Shown: positions 34,360 through 43,023 of the stretch, one piece after another
Layout of the letters: each line of letters begins with the position of its first letter
Numbering within the stretch: the first letter of the stretch is position 1
Source of the DNA: a virus
Lineage: Duplodnaviria; Caudoviricetes
Direction: 5' to 3' (one strand)
Length of the DNA: 50,545 nucleotides
IMG/VR virus record: IMGVR_UViG_3300003465_000010
Coordinates: 1-50,545 of that record
Notes under the pieces: generated by a model
Told to the model about the DNA's origin: nothing
Database searches by the model: none
Seen by the model: only the letters and a program-made list of their open reading frames with translations
Translations under genes and position numbers: made by a program

Positions 34360-37300
34360 GACTCGGATTCATCGCTCTCAACCTATCAACCATAACCGCC
34401 AATGTCAACTCCTGATTCGACACAACCCCCGCACCGGGAATACCTAAACTTCTTTCAACTACTTTCCGCTCTTGAAGCCGTCTCAACTCAGGTTTCTGCG
34501 GAGCCTGCGTATAAGTCGCTGCTAGACTTGCTCTATCATCAACACCGACTTTGCGACCACTACGGTACAAGTCAGCTGGCTCAGTCATGTTCTGAACTAA
34601 CTCAGCGACTCTTCGCACTCCGCTCCGAGCATCGTAACCTTCAAGCTCGTGTTGCATCGCAATTAGGTCTCTACGCACGCCAAGCGTATCTCCAGTCAGT
34701 AGACGCTCAGCTAGGTCACGGTGGAAGCGATTCAGCCGGTCGCCTTGAATCTGTTCCGAACGCTTCAGGATCGACTGTTGTTCGTAATACTGCGATAACC
34801 TCTTGGGAGAGAATCCAGCAACTCGTGCCAAAGTCTCAGAAGCTGTTGGATCAAACACAAGATTACCTAAACGATCTTTCACTTGCCAATTATTCGTGGC
34901 AAGATCAACGAGACCTCGGAGACCGGTTGGAGAAACTCTGCGAGCTGCTGACTCAAATTCACCCTTTGACGCGTCAGACACAGCTTTCGTCCAGTTAGCC
35001 GCCATGTTCGCCGCAGGACCAAACACATTTTGCCATGAAAACCCATCGTAAGAATTCATCCCGAAAACGTTCCCGAGTTGGAACCTTGCTCCAACATCCG
35101 CCGGACCGAGATTCAACACCCCATGCAACGACGCATCCGCCATCATCCCCCCTAGCTGTTCGTCTTGACCTGCAAGAGACGCTATTGCTTCCCGTAACTC
35201 TTTACGAACTTCGGCTTCTGGAAACAGTTGTTCGACTAGTGCGATGGCAGTCGCAGCAAACGGAAGGCCAAGGGCTCCTCCAAGGACAACTTGCGTACCA
35301 AGCATTAAGCCCACTGCACGACGCGCTGCAGAACGTTCTGTATCCGAAAGGCCAGAACGCCCAATCGCCTCCTTCGCCAACCTCCCCATATAAGCAATAG
35401 TGTTGAACGTATATGAACTCAACGCATACATCAATCCCCCTACGCCTTGAGCCCTTCCCATGTAAGAAAATACAAGAGGACGAGCAGCAGTTCCTCCAGT
35501 ATATGCTGTTGATCGGACGGCATCTTTCGCGAACGAATATGATTCGTCCTTTGACTTCCCGCGAGCTAAGGCAAATTCAAACGCACTTAAAAAGGCTGAC
35601 CGAGTTACTAAATGTGCTGGCACGGAATAGAACTGCCGAGCTAGCTTCATTAACCAATACCCAGGCTTCTTGGCAGTCTCCAGAGAGTTTACAAACTCAT
35701 TACCACGAGAAAGGTTCCGAAGGTTGATGGTATTCACATCCTCCGTCATGGTAATCTCCTGCACGAATCCCTGGTCAACCACCCCTTCATTCGCCGCCCT
35801 TTTCAACGCCTCCGCCAGCACCGGCTCCTCCTTTTCCAGGTTCACCTTATCAAACGCATACTTCGCTGCCTTTGACATGGCCTTTGCCGTAAGCTGATAC
35901 GCCTCCTTCATCGACGCACCCTCTCGAACCAAATACGGCACATGAGCTACAGCAAGCTGCGTAGGTTCCGTAAACCACGTCGCTGGACTCAGTCCCATAT
36001 ACTGAAAGAACACCAAACTCTTTAACGCTTGAAACTCCTTCCCACCCGGCGTGATGATGTTGTTCAAATACTGACGCGCTGCGTTCTGGATGTTCGGGTT
36101 CGCCCGCATTTCCGGTGTATGCAGTCTTATCGCTGCTTCCGCGCGGATGAACTGTTTCGCCAGCCCAAGAGACGTACTATCTATATAGTGCATCATACCG
36201 GCCATCATGTTGAGGTCTTCGCGTCCACCTACCAGGTTTCTTTCCTGCATCGACGGTGGCGTAATCATCCTCCACGCACCCTCCCCTGGCATGAACATGT
36301 CTTTCATGAACGCGATCTCCTCCGGTGAGAGATTATCCATCGACGCTAACATCTTCTCATATGCAACCTTATCCATCTCCGCATACCGCTGAAGTAAATC
36401 CGGGTCAAAGTTCTGCGCCATGTTCTGACGATCGCGCTTATCCCATTTCTTTGGTTCGATACCTCGGGCACGAAGTTTTTGTAGATACTGTAAGGCTTCC
36501 TTCTCAGTGTAAAACCCTTTCACAAAAGGGCGTTTTCCCTCTCTCCACCCAAGAAAGTAATCGCCGAGGCGTACCTCAGTCGTCCACCACGGCTTGCCTG
36601 TTCCATCAGGTCCCAACAATTTCAGTTTCACCTCCTCCAACTTCGGCTTCATGGAGTTGCTGAAGTCTACCAGGTCGGCAAGCACCGCAATCGGCAACTG
36701 CTGCACCGCTGGACTAATGGGTCCGTTTTCAAACGTATGCACATAAACCTGCTCGGCCAACTTCTTTGCGCCGTTTATATCCATCTTTTGTGTAGGACCC
36801 AACTTCTGCACCAGCTTCATGGCGATTGTGGACTTTATCTTGTCCACTTCGCCTGAGAGTCGGGCAATGGCAGCCCGGACGGATGTTTGAGAGATGGCCG
36901 ACAGCCCACGCTTTAGTAGGGCTTGGTTATCAGCCGATAAATGCCCCGCATACTGCGCGAACTCCTCCGCATCCAAAAACCTCTGCACCTCATTCTGCGC
37001 CAACAAAATCTCCGACAACGGTCTCTGGATCACCGACTTTGGGTCAGTCAACTGCCGCACAAACTCCTCATCCAGCTTCCCCGAACCGTCCAGTTTAAAA
37101 AACGGCTCCCACAGCTTCTTCGCAATCTCCGTTGCATGGTTCTGGAATCCTGTCCCTAGGTCAAACACCGGACCCATTATTGGGAAGTCCTTCACCAACT
37201 GTCCCATTGGCTTAATATAGTCCAACCAACCAAGCCTGAGCCCTGACTCCTTCTCCCACGTGCTCGGCTCAAACATCATCTCATACCCCTTCTTCACCAA

Positions 37301-39748
37301 CTCCTTAAATTCAGGGAAGTTTTGAGTCTCCGGCACACCGTGTTTATCATACCCTTTCCACATAAGAAGGTCCGCTGCAGCGTATACCTTCTTAATATCC
37401 TCATACGAAATTGGGGGAGAATAGGGCGTCCGTTCTAAATTCGCTGCCACCATCGACAGATATTGTTTCGCCGTATCCGCCGCCAACCTCTCCTTCATTA
37501 ACGACGATACATTCTTCAACGCCTCCGTCATCGGCGCAGCGTGCTTCCTTTTCGTTGCCTCATCGCCATGCCAGAGAGCGTCGAGTAGAGTCTCGTTCCC
37601 GTGTAAAACAGCCCCAATATCCGTATACATCTGGAACATGAAATCCTGCACCCTTGGCTCGGAGAACCGGAGCATCTCAAGAATGTTCTTGAAGGACTTC
37701 TCTCCCGCTGGTGAACTCGCGCCCATCGCCAGCAATCCACTCACATCCCCCATAAACTCCCTCACTCCAGCCTCCCCGTCCGCATAAACCTTCCCTCTCC
37801 GCTCATACATCATCTCGATCGCTGGTAGGTCAGCCGCTCCTACTCCCTTCACCGACGGAGTCGAAACAACCACCTTCGGGAAGACCGCAGCATGAAGTGT
37901 GGTGAAAACATCCTGCAACTCCTGCGGACTGTAACCTTTGAAGGTCTGGTACGCATCCGCATACACCTTATTCGCCCTCGGATCACCCGCTCCAATCTTC
38001 ACATCCTGTCCCCAAGCATGTGTCAACTCATGCCCTACCACCCACAACGTATGAGCCATATCCCTCGCCGTGAGGTCGAAGGACCTGTTCTGCGCCAACA
38101 CCACCATCTTTCCGTCCGGACTTTCGGTGAGAGGAATGAAGAAATTCACATCCTGATCCTTCCCCCTCACCACCTTCACATCAAACTGCCCTAACGCCAC
38201 CGCCATCTTTGTTGCGATGTTGGAAAGACGGTCAATGCCAGCAGGGTCGTATCCTCGCTGTTCGTAGAGACTCTTGAAGAAGGTTGTGACACCCTTCACC
38301 GTCGAGAAGTTATTCGGACGCTGAAACTCCGGCTGACCTAGTGCTTGACCCACATCCTCCAGCACCGCACGCTTCGCTGCCTCTCTCGCAATGTCAACGT
38401 CCGAAACCTCCGGCATTTTCTGACTGAGCTCAACAACCTTCGTCAGCTGCTCATCGGTCGCACCAAGATCGGAAAGTTTATTCAAAACCTTCGACAGGTA
38501 TTCACTGTTTGGTGCAGTTTCGAGGGGAGGTTTCACAACCATGTTCTGCGTTGCCGGAGTCTTATCCGTCTGCGCCAACGCAAACTTCCCATTCAACCCC
38601 TGCATCACCAGTCCCCTTTTCGACAACTCCTGCATCACAGTCGTCGCCTGCGAAAACGGTATTCCCAACTTCTTCGACAATGGCGCCGGATTCACTGGCA
38701 TTCCTGCCTTAAAGTGCACATACGCTTCATTCGCCAACTCCTCGATGGGTTTTAGCGACACCACAAGCTCCGGTGTCGGATCAGGTACCGCCTCCTCCAC
38801 CTTTTTCGTGGTAACCTCCTCCGTCTTCACCTCATTCTCCTTCGCCCGTAATGGTTCGACCACCTCGTCGATACTCACCGACAAGTCCACTACGGCCCGA
38901 CGTGCATCTTCAACATTCAGCCAATCACCGCGGGAAGCGATAGGCGTCTCGGTCCCCCGTGCGAGGTCCACCAAGTTGGCCGCTTCGGGACCTTTGGAAG
39001 TTAGTTTATACCCCTTAGCCAACATCGGGGCATCGAATGGTAGAAAAGCCAAACCACCCGCGATGTTAGCTACCACGTTCTCCTTGGTAAACGGATTTTG
39101 GAGACCCTGCCCTTGTACAAGGGACGAAAGCTGATTACCCACCTCAATCGGCACCTGCGCACCCACTTGCGCCCCAGCATACTCCACTCCCCTCTGCGCC
39201 AACGGCGAAAGTCCTTTCTTCGCCATGTCTTTGGTGACATACTTTGCCGCAGCCTTGACACCGAGATTAGCCGCACCCGGCACGAGACCAGTCGACAACC
39301 CACTAATAGCCCCTACAGCCGGACTCCCTGTCTCCGTATACCCCTTAGCACCGGCAGACAATATCCCGGCCAACGCAGCGCCTAAACCTATCGGTCCGCC
39401 AGCAGCCGTCCCAGCAGCCACGGCTCCAATCTCTCCACCCATTCGTGGAATAGCCTTCCCCACATCTTCCAGCACATCCGGGAACCCAATAACCTCCCCA
39501 ACACTCCGTCCTGCCCTCCCTAACGGCTCTGAAAGTGGTGCTAAAGCCTTGTCGATTCCAGTACTCGCACGCTTGACCAACCCACCCAACTTCGTCGTAT
39601 CCCCAGCACTAAAATCATCCGTCTGTAACGTCTGATTCGCATACCTCGCAAACGACCCCAAGTCCATGTCCGCAAAAAACGGATCGGACGTCCTCGCCAG
39701 TTCGTGCGCCTTCTGTACTTGTTCGAATGATAAAGGCATATCAACCAA
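34295..39748 (-). CDS. Giant internal virion/ejection protein (polyvalent-like)
   Basis: 1817 aa, last late gene; Gly/Ala-rich N-terminal hydrophobic segments, wHTH-like segment, HELTH zincin motif. Confidence 0.8.
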   Translation of the reverse strand: MVDMPLSFEQVQKAHELARTSDPFFADMDLGSFARYANQTLQTDDFSAGDTTKLGGLVKRASTGIDKALAPLSEPLGRAGRSVGEVIGFPDVLEDVGKAIPRMGGEIGAVAAGTAAGGPIGLGAALAGILSAGAKGYTETGSPAVGAISGLSTGLVPGAANLGVKAAAKYVTKDMAKKGLSPLAQRGVEYAGAQVGAQVPIEVGNQLSSLVQGQGLQNPFTKENVVANIAGGLAFLPFDAPMLAKGYKLTSKGPEAANLVDLARGTETPIASRGDWLNVEDARRAVVDLSVSIDEVVEPLRAKENEVKTEEVTTKKVEEAVPDPTPELVVSLKPIEELANEAYVHFKAGMPVNPAPLSKKLGIPFSQATTVMQELSKRGLVMQGLNGKFALAQTDKTPATQNMVVKPPLETAPNSEYLSKVLNKLSDLGATDEQLTKVVELSQKMPEVSDVDIAREAAKRAVLEDVGQALGQPEFQRPNNFSTVKGVTTFFKSLYEQRGYDPAGIDRLSNIATKMAVALGQFDVKVVRGKDQDVNFFIPLTESPDGKMVVLAQNRSFDLTARDMAHTLWVVGHELTHAWGQDVKIGAGDPRANKVYADAYQTFKGYSPQELQDVFTTLHAAVFPKVVVSTPSVKGVGAADLPAIEMMYERRGKVYADGEAGVREFMGDVSGLLAMGASSPAGEKSFKNILEMLRFSEPRVQDFMFQMYTDIGAVLHGNETLLDALWHGDEATKRKHAAPMTEALKNVSSLMKERLAADTAKQYLSMVAANLERTPYSPPISYEDIKKVYAAADLLMWKGYDKHGVPETQNFPEFKELVKKGYEMMFEPSTWEKESGLRLGWLDYIKPMGQLVKDFPIMGPVFDLGTGFQNHATEIAKKLWEPFFKLDGSGKLDEEFVRQLTDPKSVIQRPLSEILLAQNEVQRFLDAEEFAQYAGHLSADNQALLKRGLSAISQTSVRAAIARLSGEVDKIKSTIAMKLVQKLGPTQKMDINGAKKLAEQVYVHTFENGPISPAVQQLPIAVLADLVDFSNSMKPKLEEVKLKLLGPDGTGKPWWTTEVRLGDYFLGWREGKRPFVKGFYTEKEALQYLQKLRARGIEPKKWDKRDRQNMAQNFDPDLLQRYAEMDKVAYEKMLASMDNLSPEEIAFMKDMFMPGEGAWRMITPPSMQERNLVGGREDLNMMAGMMHYIDSTSLGLAKQFIRAEAAIRLHTPEMRANPNIQNAARQYLNNIITPGGKEFQALKSLVFFQYMGLSPATWFTEPTQLAVAHVPYLVREGASMKEAYQLTAKAMSKAAKYAFDKVNLEKEEPVLAEALKRAANEGVVDQGFVQEITMTEDVNTINLRNLSRGNEFVNSLETAKKPGYWLMKLARQFYSVPAHLVTRSAFLSAFEFALARGKSKDESYSFAKDAVRSTAYTGGTAARPLVFSYMGRAQGVGGLMYALSSYTFNTIAYMGRLAKEAIGRSGLSDTERSAARRAVGLMLGTQVVLGGALGLPFAATAIALVEQLFPEAEVRKELREAIASLAGQDEQLGGMMADASLHGVLNLGPADVGARFQLGNVFGMNSYDGFSWQNVFGPAANMAANWTKAVSDASKGEFESAARRVSPTGLRGLVDLATNNWQVKDRLGNLVFDPTASETLARVAGFSPKRLSQYYEQQSILKRSEQIQGDRLNRFHRDLAERLLTGDTLGVRRDLIAMQHELEGYDARSGVRRVAELVQNMTEPADLYRSGRKVGVDDRASLAATYTQAPQKPELRRLQERKVVERSLGIPGAGVVSNQELTLAVMVDRLRAMNPSLTYQQARMMVMKQLRPSRELE
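34402..34998 (+). CDS. Candidate antisense-nested helical protein A (198 aa)
   Basis: ATG 42 nt after the DUF3987 stop; amphipathic Leu/Gln helices; host gene shifts to A-ending codons here. Confidence 0.55.
   Translation: MSTPDSTQPPHREYLNFFQLLSALEAVSTQVSAEPAYKSLLDLLYHQHRLCDHYGTSQLAQSCSELTQRLFALRSEHRNLQARVASQLGLYARQAYLQSVDAQLGHGGSDSAGRLESVPNASGSTVVRNTAITSWERIQQLVPKSQKLLDQTQDYLNDLSLANYSWQDQRDLGDRLEKLCELLTQIHPLTRQTQLSSS
35035..35400 (+). CDS. Candidate antisense-nested protein B (121 aa)
   Basis: Same frame as A, 36-nt gap, Leu/Gln-rich helical core. Confidence 0.45.
   Translation: MKTHRKNSSRKRSRVGTLLQHPPDRDSTPHATTHPPSSPLAVRLDLQETLLLPVTLYELRLLETVVRLVRWQSQQTEGQGLLQGQLAYQALSPLHDALQNVLYPKGQNAQSPPSPTSPYKQ
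35413..35727 (+). CDS. Candidate antisense-nested protein C (104 aa)
   Basis: Same frame, 12-nt gap, TATATG start context, RELRQIQTHLKRLTELLNVLARNR helix. Confidence 0.5.
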   Translation: MNSTHTSIPLRLEPFPCKKIQEDEQQFLQYMLLIGRHLSRTNMIRPLTSRELRQIQTHLKRLTELLNVLARNRTAELASLTNTQASWQSPESLQTHYHEKGSEG

Positions 39749-40274
39749 TCTTTGAATCCATGAACCTTCTCCACTTTGCTACCAACTCTGGCCGGTGTTC
39801 CAGCTTCTCCGAATACTCCGGTCCCCTAGACGCATACCAATTAAAGAACCTCGTCGGTGCTTTAGTCATGACCCACTTACGGAATTCGTGGACCTTGTTC
39901 AGGTCAGCTTTGTAAACTGCCGTCGCTACCCAACACAAAAGGAACCCAGCGGCCGCTTGCACCAACTGCGAAATATCCAAACTCCCACCCTTACCGTTCG
40001 TCACATCCTGCTGACGCTGTTGCTGTCCAGGTGTAGCAAACAAAGCTAACGGGTCCAACCCTCCGCCACCTTGTCTTGCTCCGCCACCACCCCCACCACC
40101 ACCCGCAGGTTGTCCGCTCATACTCTGCAACAACTTCGTAAAATCGAAGGAGTTCTGTGTTGGTAACGGATTAGCCGCCGCCACTTCCGGTCCCACCGCA
40201 CCAACATAACCAGCGTCCGCGACACTTTGTGCCGCACTAGACGCCCCAGACGCTGCTCCACCTAACATGTCCAT
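39741..40274 (-). CDS. Ejection/pilot protein with C-terminal CFI-box-CTERM-like domain
   Basis: Gly/Gln-rich N-terminal part, then LLCWVATAVY...FRKW...FFNWY..RGP. Confidence 0.7.
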   Translation of the reverse strand: MDMLGGAASGASSAAQSVADAGYVGAVGPEVAAANPLPTQNSFDFTKLLQSMSGQPAGGGGGGGGARQGGGGLDPLALFATPGQQQRQQDVTNGKGGSLDISQLVQAAAGFLLCWVATAVYKADLNKVHEFRKWVMTKAPTRFFNWYASRGPEYSEKLEHRPELVAKWRRFMDSKIG

Positions 40275-41386
40275 TATCGTATCTCCTTCATTAGACGTGA
40301 AATCTCCGATCTCAACCGGTCAATCTCATCAACGATCGGCCTGTTCTGCGTTGGCAGTGCCATCAACCTATCGAGTTGTTGTTGCAGGTCAACAAGCTGC
40401 TGTGCTGACTGTTGACGATTCGGTCGCTTCGGATAAAACTCACCAAACTTCCCTTGCCCAGTCGTTAATTCGTGAAAAGCACGGTCCAACACGCTCCCTT
40501 GCAACGTGAACCCTTTATTCTTCAACGCTTCCCTCTCCGGCGTACCTTCCACAAACCTTGCCGGTAGGTCGTTACGTTGCGCCGGCTGGAACATCGGTGT
40601 TGTTTGTGTTTGTTGCTGTGGTTGAGTAGTTTGTTGCCCTCCTACCACTTGCTCTCTCACCCTCTGCAACGTCTCCAATCCCTGGGGTTTCGGTGCCTCC
40701 GGAAACACCATCCCCAGCTTCTGCAACTCAGCCATCAGCGCTTGCGTCACCTGCGGCATGGCTGCCGAATACGGAGACGTCAACGCCTGCAACAAATCTC
40801 CTCGTCCACGTTGCTGTAACTCAGCCTGATTTTGTTGTTGTGTAACCTGTCGATACTGGTCATTCGCCTTTAACTGCTGTTCCTGCAACCCGATCTGCTT
40901 TTCGTTCTGCCCCGACGTAATCCCAAACTGCCGCATCTGTTCCTCTAACGACCTCTGAGCACGATCGTCCTGCCGATACCCCAAATCGACATTCGCGCCT
41001 TGTGGTGTCATTGGCCTTCCCTGTATCACCCTCGCTCTCGCGTCCTGCTGTCCTTGATTAAACAACGTCTCCTGCTGCGTGATCGCTTGTTGGTTCGCTT
41101 GATTCCCCAACTGCTGACCCGTCAACTGCTCCTGCAACGTGCGAGCATCGAAACTCCCCAACTGCCCAGCATCCAACTGCTTCGCCGTGGCCATCCTTCT
41201 TCCCAAATCAAACGCCTGAAACAACGCCTGAGCACTCTGTGCTTGCGGCACTGCAACATTCACCTGATTCTGGGCATCAAGCTCCTGTCTTCCTTGCTGA
41301 GTAAACCCCCTTGCCACTGCGAACGGATTTAACCGTCCGTTGGTCATATTACCCGGATTAGCTAATATATCAAGCCACGAGGCCAT
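40274..41386 (-). CDS. Gln-rich ejection protein
   Basis: Probable start MASWLDILAN at 41386; coiled-coil Q-rich. Confidence 0.75.
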   Translation of the reverse strand: MASWLDILANPGNMTNGRLNPFAVARGFTQQGRQELDAQNQVNVAVPQAQSAQALFQAFDLGRRMATAKQLDAGQLGSFDARTLQEQLTGQQLGNQANQQAITQQETLFNQGQQDARARVIQGRPMTPQGANVDLGYRQDDRAQRSLEEQMRQFGITSGQNEKQIGLQEQQLKANDQYRQVTQQQNQAELQQRGRGDLLQALTSPYSAAMPQVTQALMAELQKLGMVFPEAPKPQGLETLQRVREQVVGGQQTTQPQQQTQTTPMFQPAQRNDLPARFVEGTPEREALKNKGFTLQGSVLDRAFHELTTGQGKFGEFYPKRPNRQQSAQQLVDLQQQLDRLMALPTQNRPIVDEIDRLRSEISRLMKEIR

Positions 41387-42560
41387 ACGTCGATCCTTTC
41401 TTGTTAAAACTTCCGCACACTCTCCACACGCCCAACCACACCTTAAACACCGGCTTACACAGCCACCCAAAATTAGCCTCCCCCGCCAAGTCCCATGAAC
41501 CGTAATACGTAATCGGCTTAACCATCAGCCAATTCACCAAATTAGCGACTAATTTCCACCTCCGCATCGCTGGGACTAACCATGACGACATCCAGTTATA
41601 TCCGTTGCGGTTGTGGGAGTTGACGTAGGTGTCTCGACCGAGGCGAACGAACCAAGGGAGTTTGCCGTTGTACGCCTCCAGAAAGATGAAGCAGCACGAT
41701 AGGCCAGTGGACCAGCCGAATTGGGACTGAACCTGTTGTCCTTGCCCGGTAAGGTTGTCCGTCTGTGTAGTCTTAGGTGAGCCTAGAACGTCGGCCGCAA
41801 GTGCGAGGTTTCCAAGGTTGACTTGGCGATTACCGGCGACTCTACCGGAGGCATCAAGACCTTGTTGATTACGAGTAGCTTCACCAGCGTTCCTTTGCTG
41901 TATTGCACCGATGGAGATGCCACGTCGGGACGCCTCGATCGCGTTAGCAATCTGGGTAGCCTCACCCACAACCCCAGCATCTTGTCGCTGTTGTTGCTTA
42001 ATGTCGCGAAACCGATTCTGGGAAAGCGCTGTACCGAGTTCGGCAAGTTCAAAGCCTTGACGTGCGGTCCCGCCACGTACGTTGGCCGGACCTGACTGCG
42101 CTGCTGCTCGTGCTTTGTCGAAGGAGCGTTCATATAAATCCTGAGTGTTGGTTTCGTAGTCAGAACCATAAGGGTTCTGAGCAATCATTGTTTCGAGAGC
42201 GGAACGACCGACACCGGTGGTTGGGTCAAGGGTAGAGAAGGTGTCGAGCGTGGATGCACCGGGCATTTGACTGGCGTTCCGTTGCAATAAACCGGATAAG
42301 AAGGTAGTGTCGAGGTTGGATAGGTTCGACGAGACAGCCGGAGCGTTGTAGAGGTTCGACAAAGCCGTCCCTAAGTCCGACGGAAGGGCAAATTGTTTTT
42401 GCGTGGTCGACGTGCCGGAACGGTCGAATGCGGTGTTTGTTTGTGTATCACTCCCACCGACCTCGAAGTTGACCGCATCTTCACACCCTGGATAAAGGTC
42501 ACGCTCCGCCGCGACGATCCGTTCGGCGGCCTTTAGACACTGTTTAAATAACTCACTCAT
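41370..42560 (-). CDS. Pilot/ejection protein with C-terminal CFI-box-like domain
   Basis: GGSDTQTNT-type N-terminal region; GLSCCFIFLEAYNG...RLGRD...GY..MSSWLVP.M. Confidence 0.75.
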   Translation of the reverse strand: MSELFKQCLKAAERIVAAERDLYPGCEDAVNFEVGGSDTQTNTAFDRSGTSTTQKQFALPSDLGTALSNLYNAPAVSSNLSNLDTTFLSGLLQRNASQMPGASTLDTFSTLDPTTGVGRSALETMIAQNPYGSDYETNTQDLYERSFDKARAAAQSGPANVRGGTARQGFELAELGTALSQNRFRDIKQQQRQDAGVVGEATQIANAIEASRRGISIGAIQQRNAGEATRNQQGLDASGRVAGNRQVNLGNLALAADVLGSPKTTQTDNLTGQGQQVQSQFGWSTGLSCCFIFLEAYNGKLPWFVRLGRDTYVNSHNRNGYNWMSSWLVPAMRRWKLVANLVNWLMVKPITYYGSWDLAGEANFGWLCKPVFKVWLGVWRVCGSFNKKGSTYGLVA

Positions 42561-43023
42561 ATTTTAACATCCGGCTGAACGTTGTTGCGACGCGCTTGAA
42601 CTTCCACCGTTTCTCAAACAGCCGAAAAGTGGCTGCTGATGATCGGTAGGTTTGACATTGAATTTCCTCATAACCATGTTCCTTGGCCCACTGGACGCCG
42701 TAGTTGAGTAATCCAGTCATGATACGAGAACAGTCGTTAGTAGCGTAAGCCATGTAGCAGGTGATGACTTTACGTTCGGTGTACAGTTTGTGGGTTCGTA
42801 AGTTGACAATAAACCCAACCGGCTTGTTATCCTTCTCCGCGAGTAGAATCAACCGTTCATCCTCTGGTTGTGGCATGAGGTTTAGTACCAGTTTAACAAA
42901 CTGTTCCTTTGTGATCTGGTGACGATCTTCTGAGACGGTTTTATTACAATGCTCCAACCCTTCAGCGAAGAAGTGCATGAAGGTTAGAACGTCGTCGACC
43001 GTCTGTAACTCAGTAAATCTCAT
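42553..43023 (-). CDS. GNAT-fold acetyltransferase
   Basis: LLAEKDNKPVGFI...WAKEHGYEEIQC...RLFEKRWKF; usual position before podovirus ejection genes. Confidence 0.75.
   Translation of the reverse strand: MRFTELQTVDDVLTFMHFFAEGLEHCNKTVSEDRHQITKEQFVKLVLNLMPQPEDERLILLAEKDNKPVGFIVNLRTHKLYTERKVITCYMAYATNDCSRIMTGLLNYGVQWAKEHGYEEIQCQTYRSSAATFRLFEKRWKFKRVATTFSRMLKYE

Noticed and set aside
36029-39635. Other antisense ORFs within the giant gene
   Set aside because: Pro/Ser/Thr-rich or mirror-frame shadows without operon-like spacing
41387-41470. Cys-rich N-terminal extension of the 40274 ORF
   Set aside because: Artefact of an upstream alternative start inside the previous gene; ATG at 41386 is more plausible
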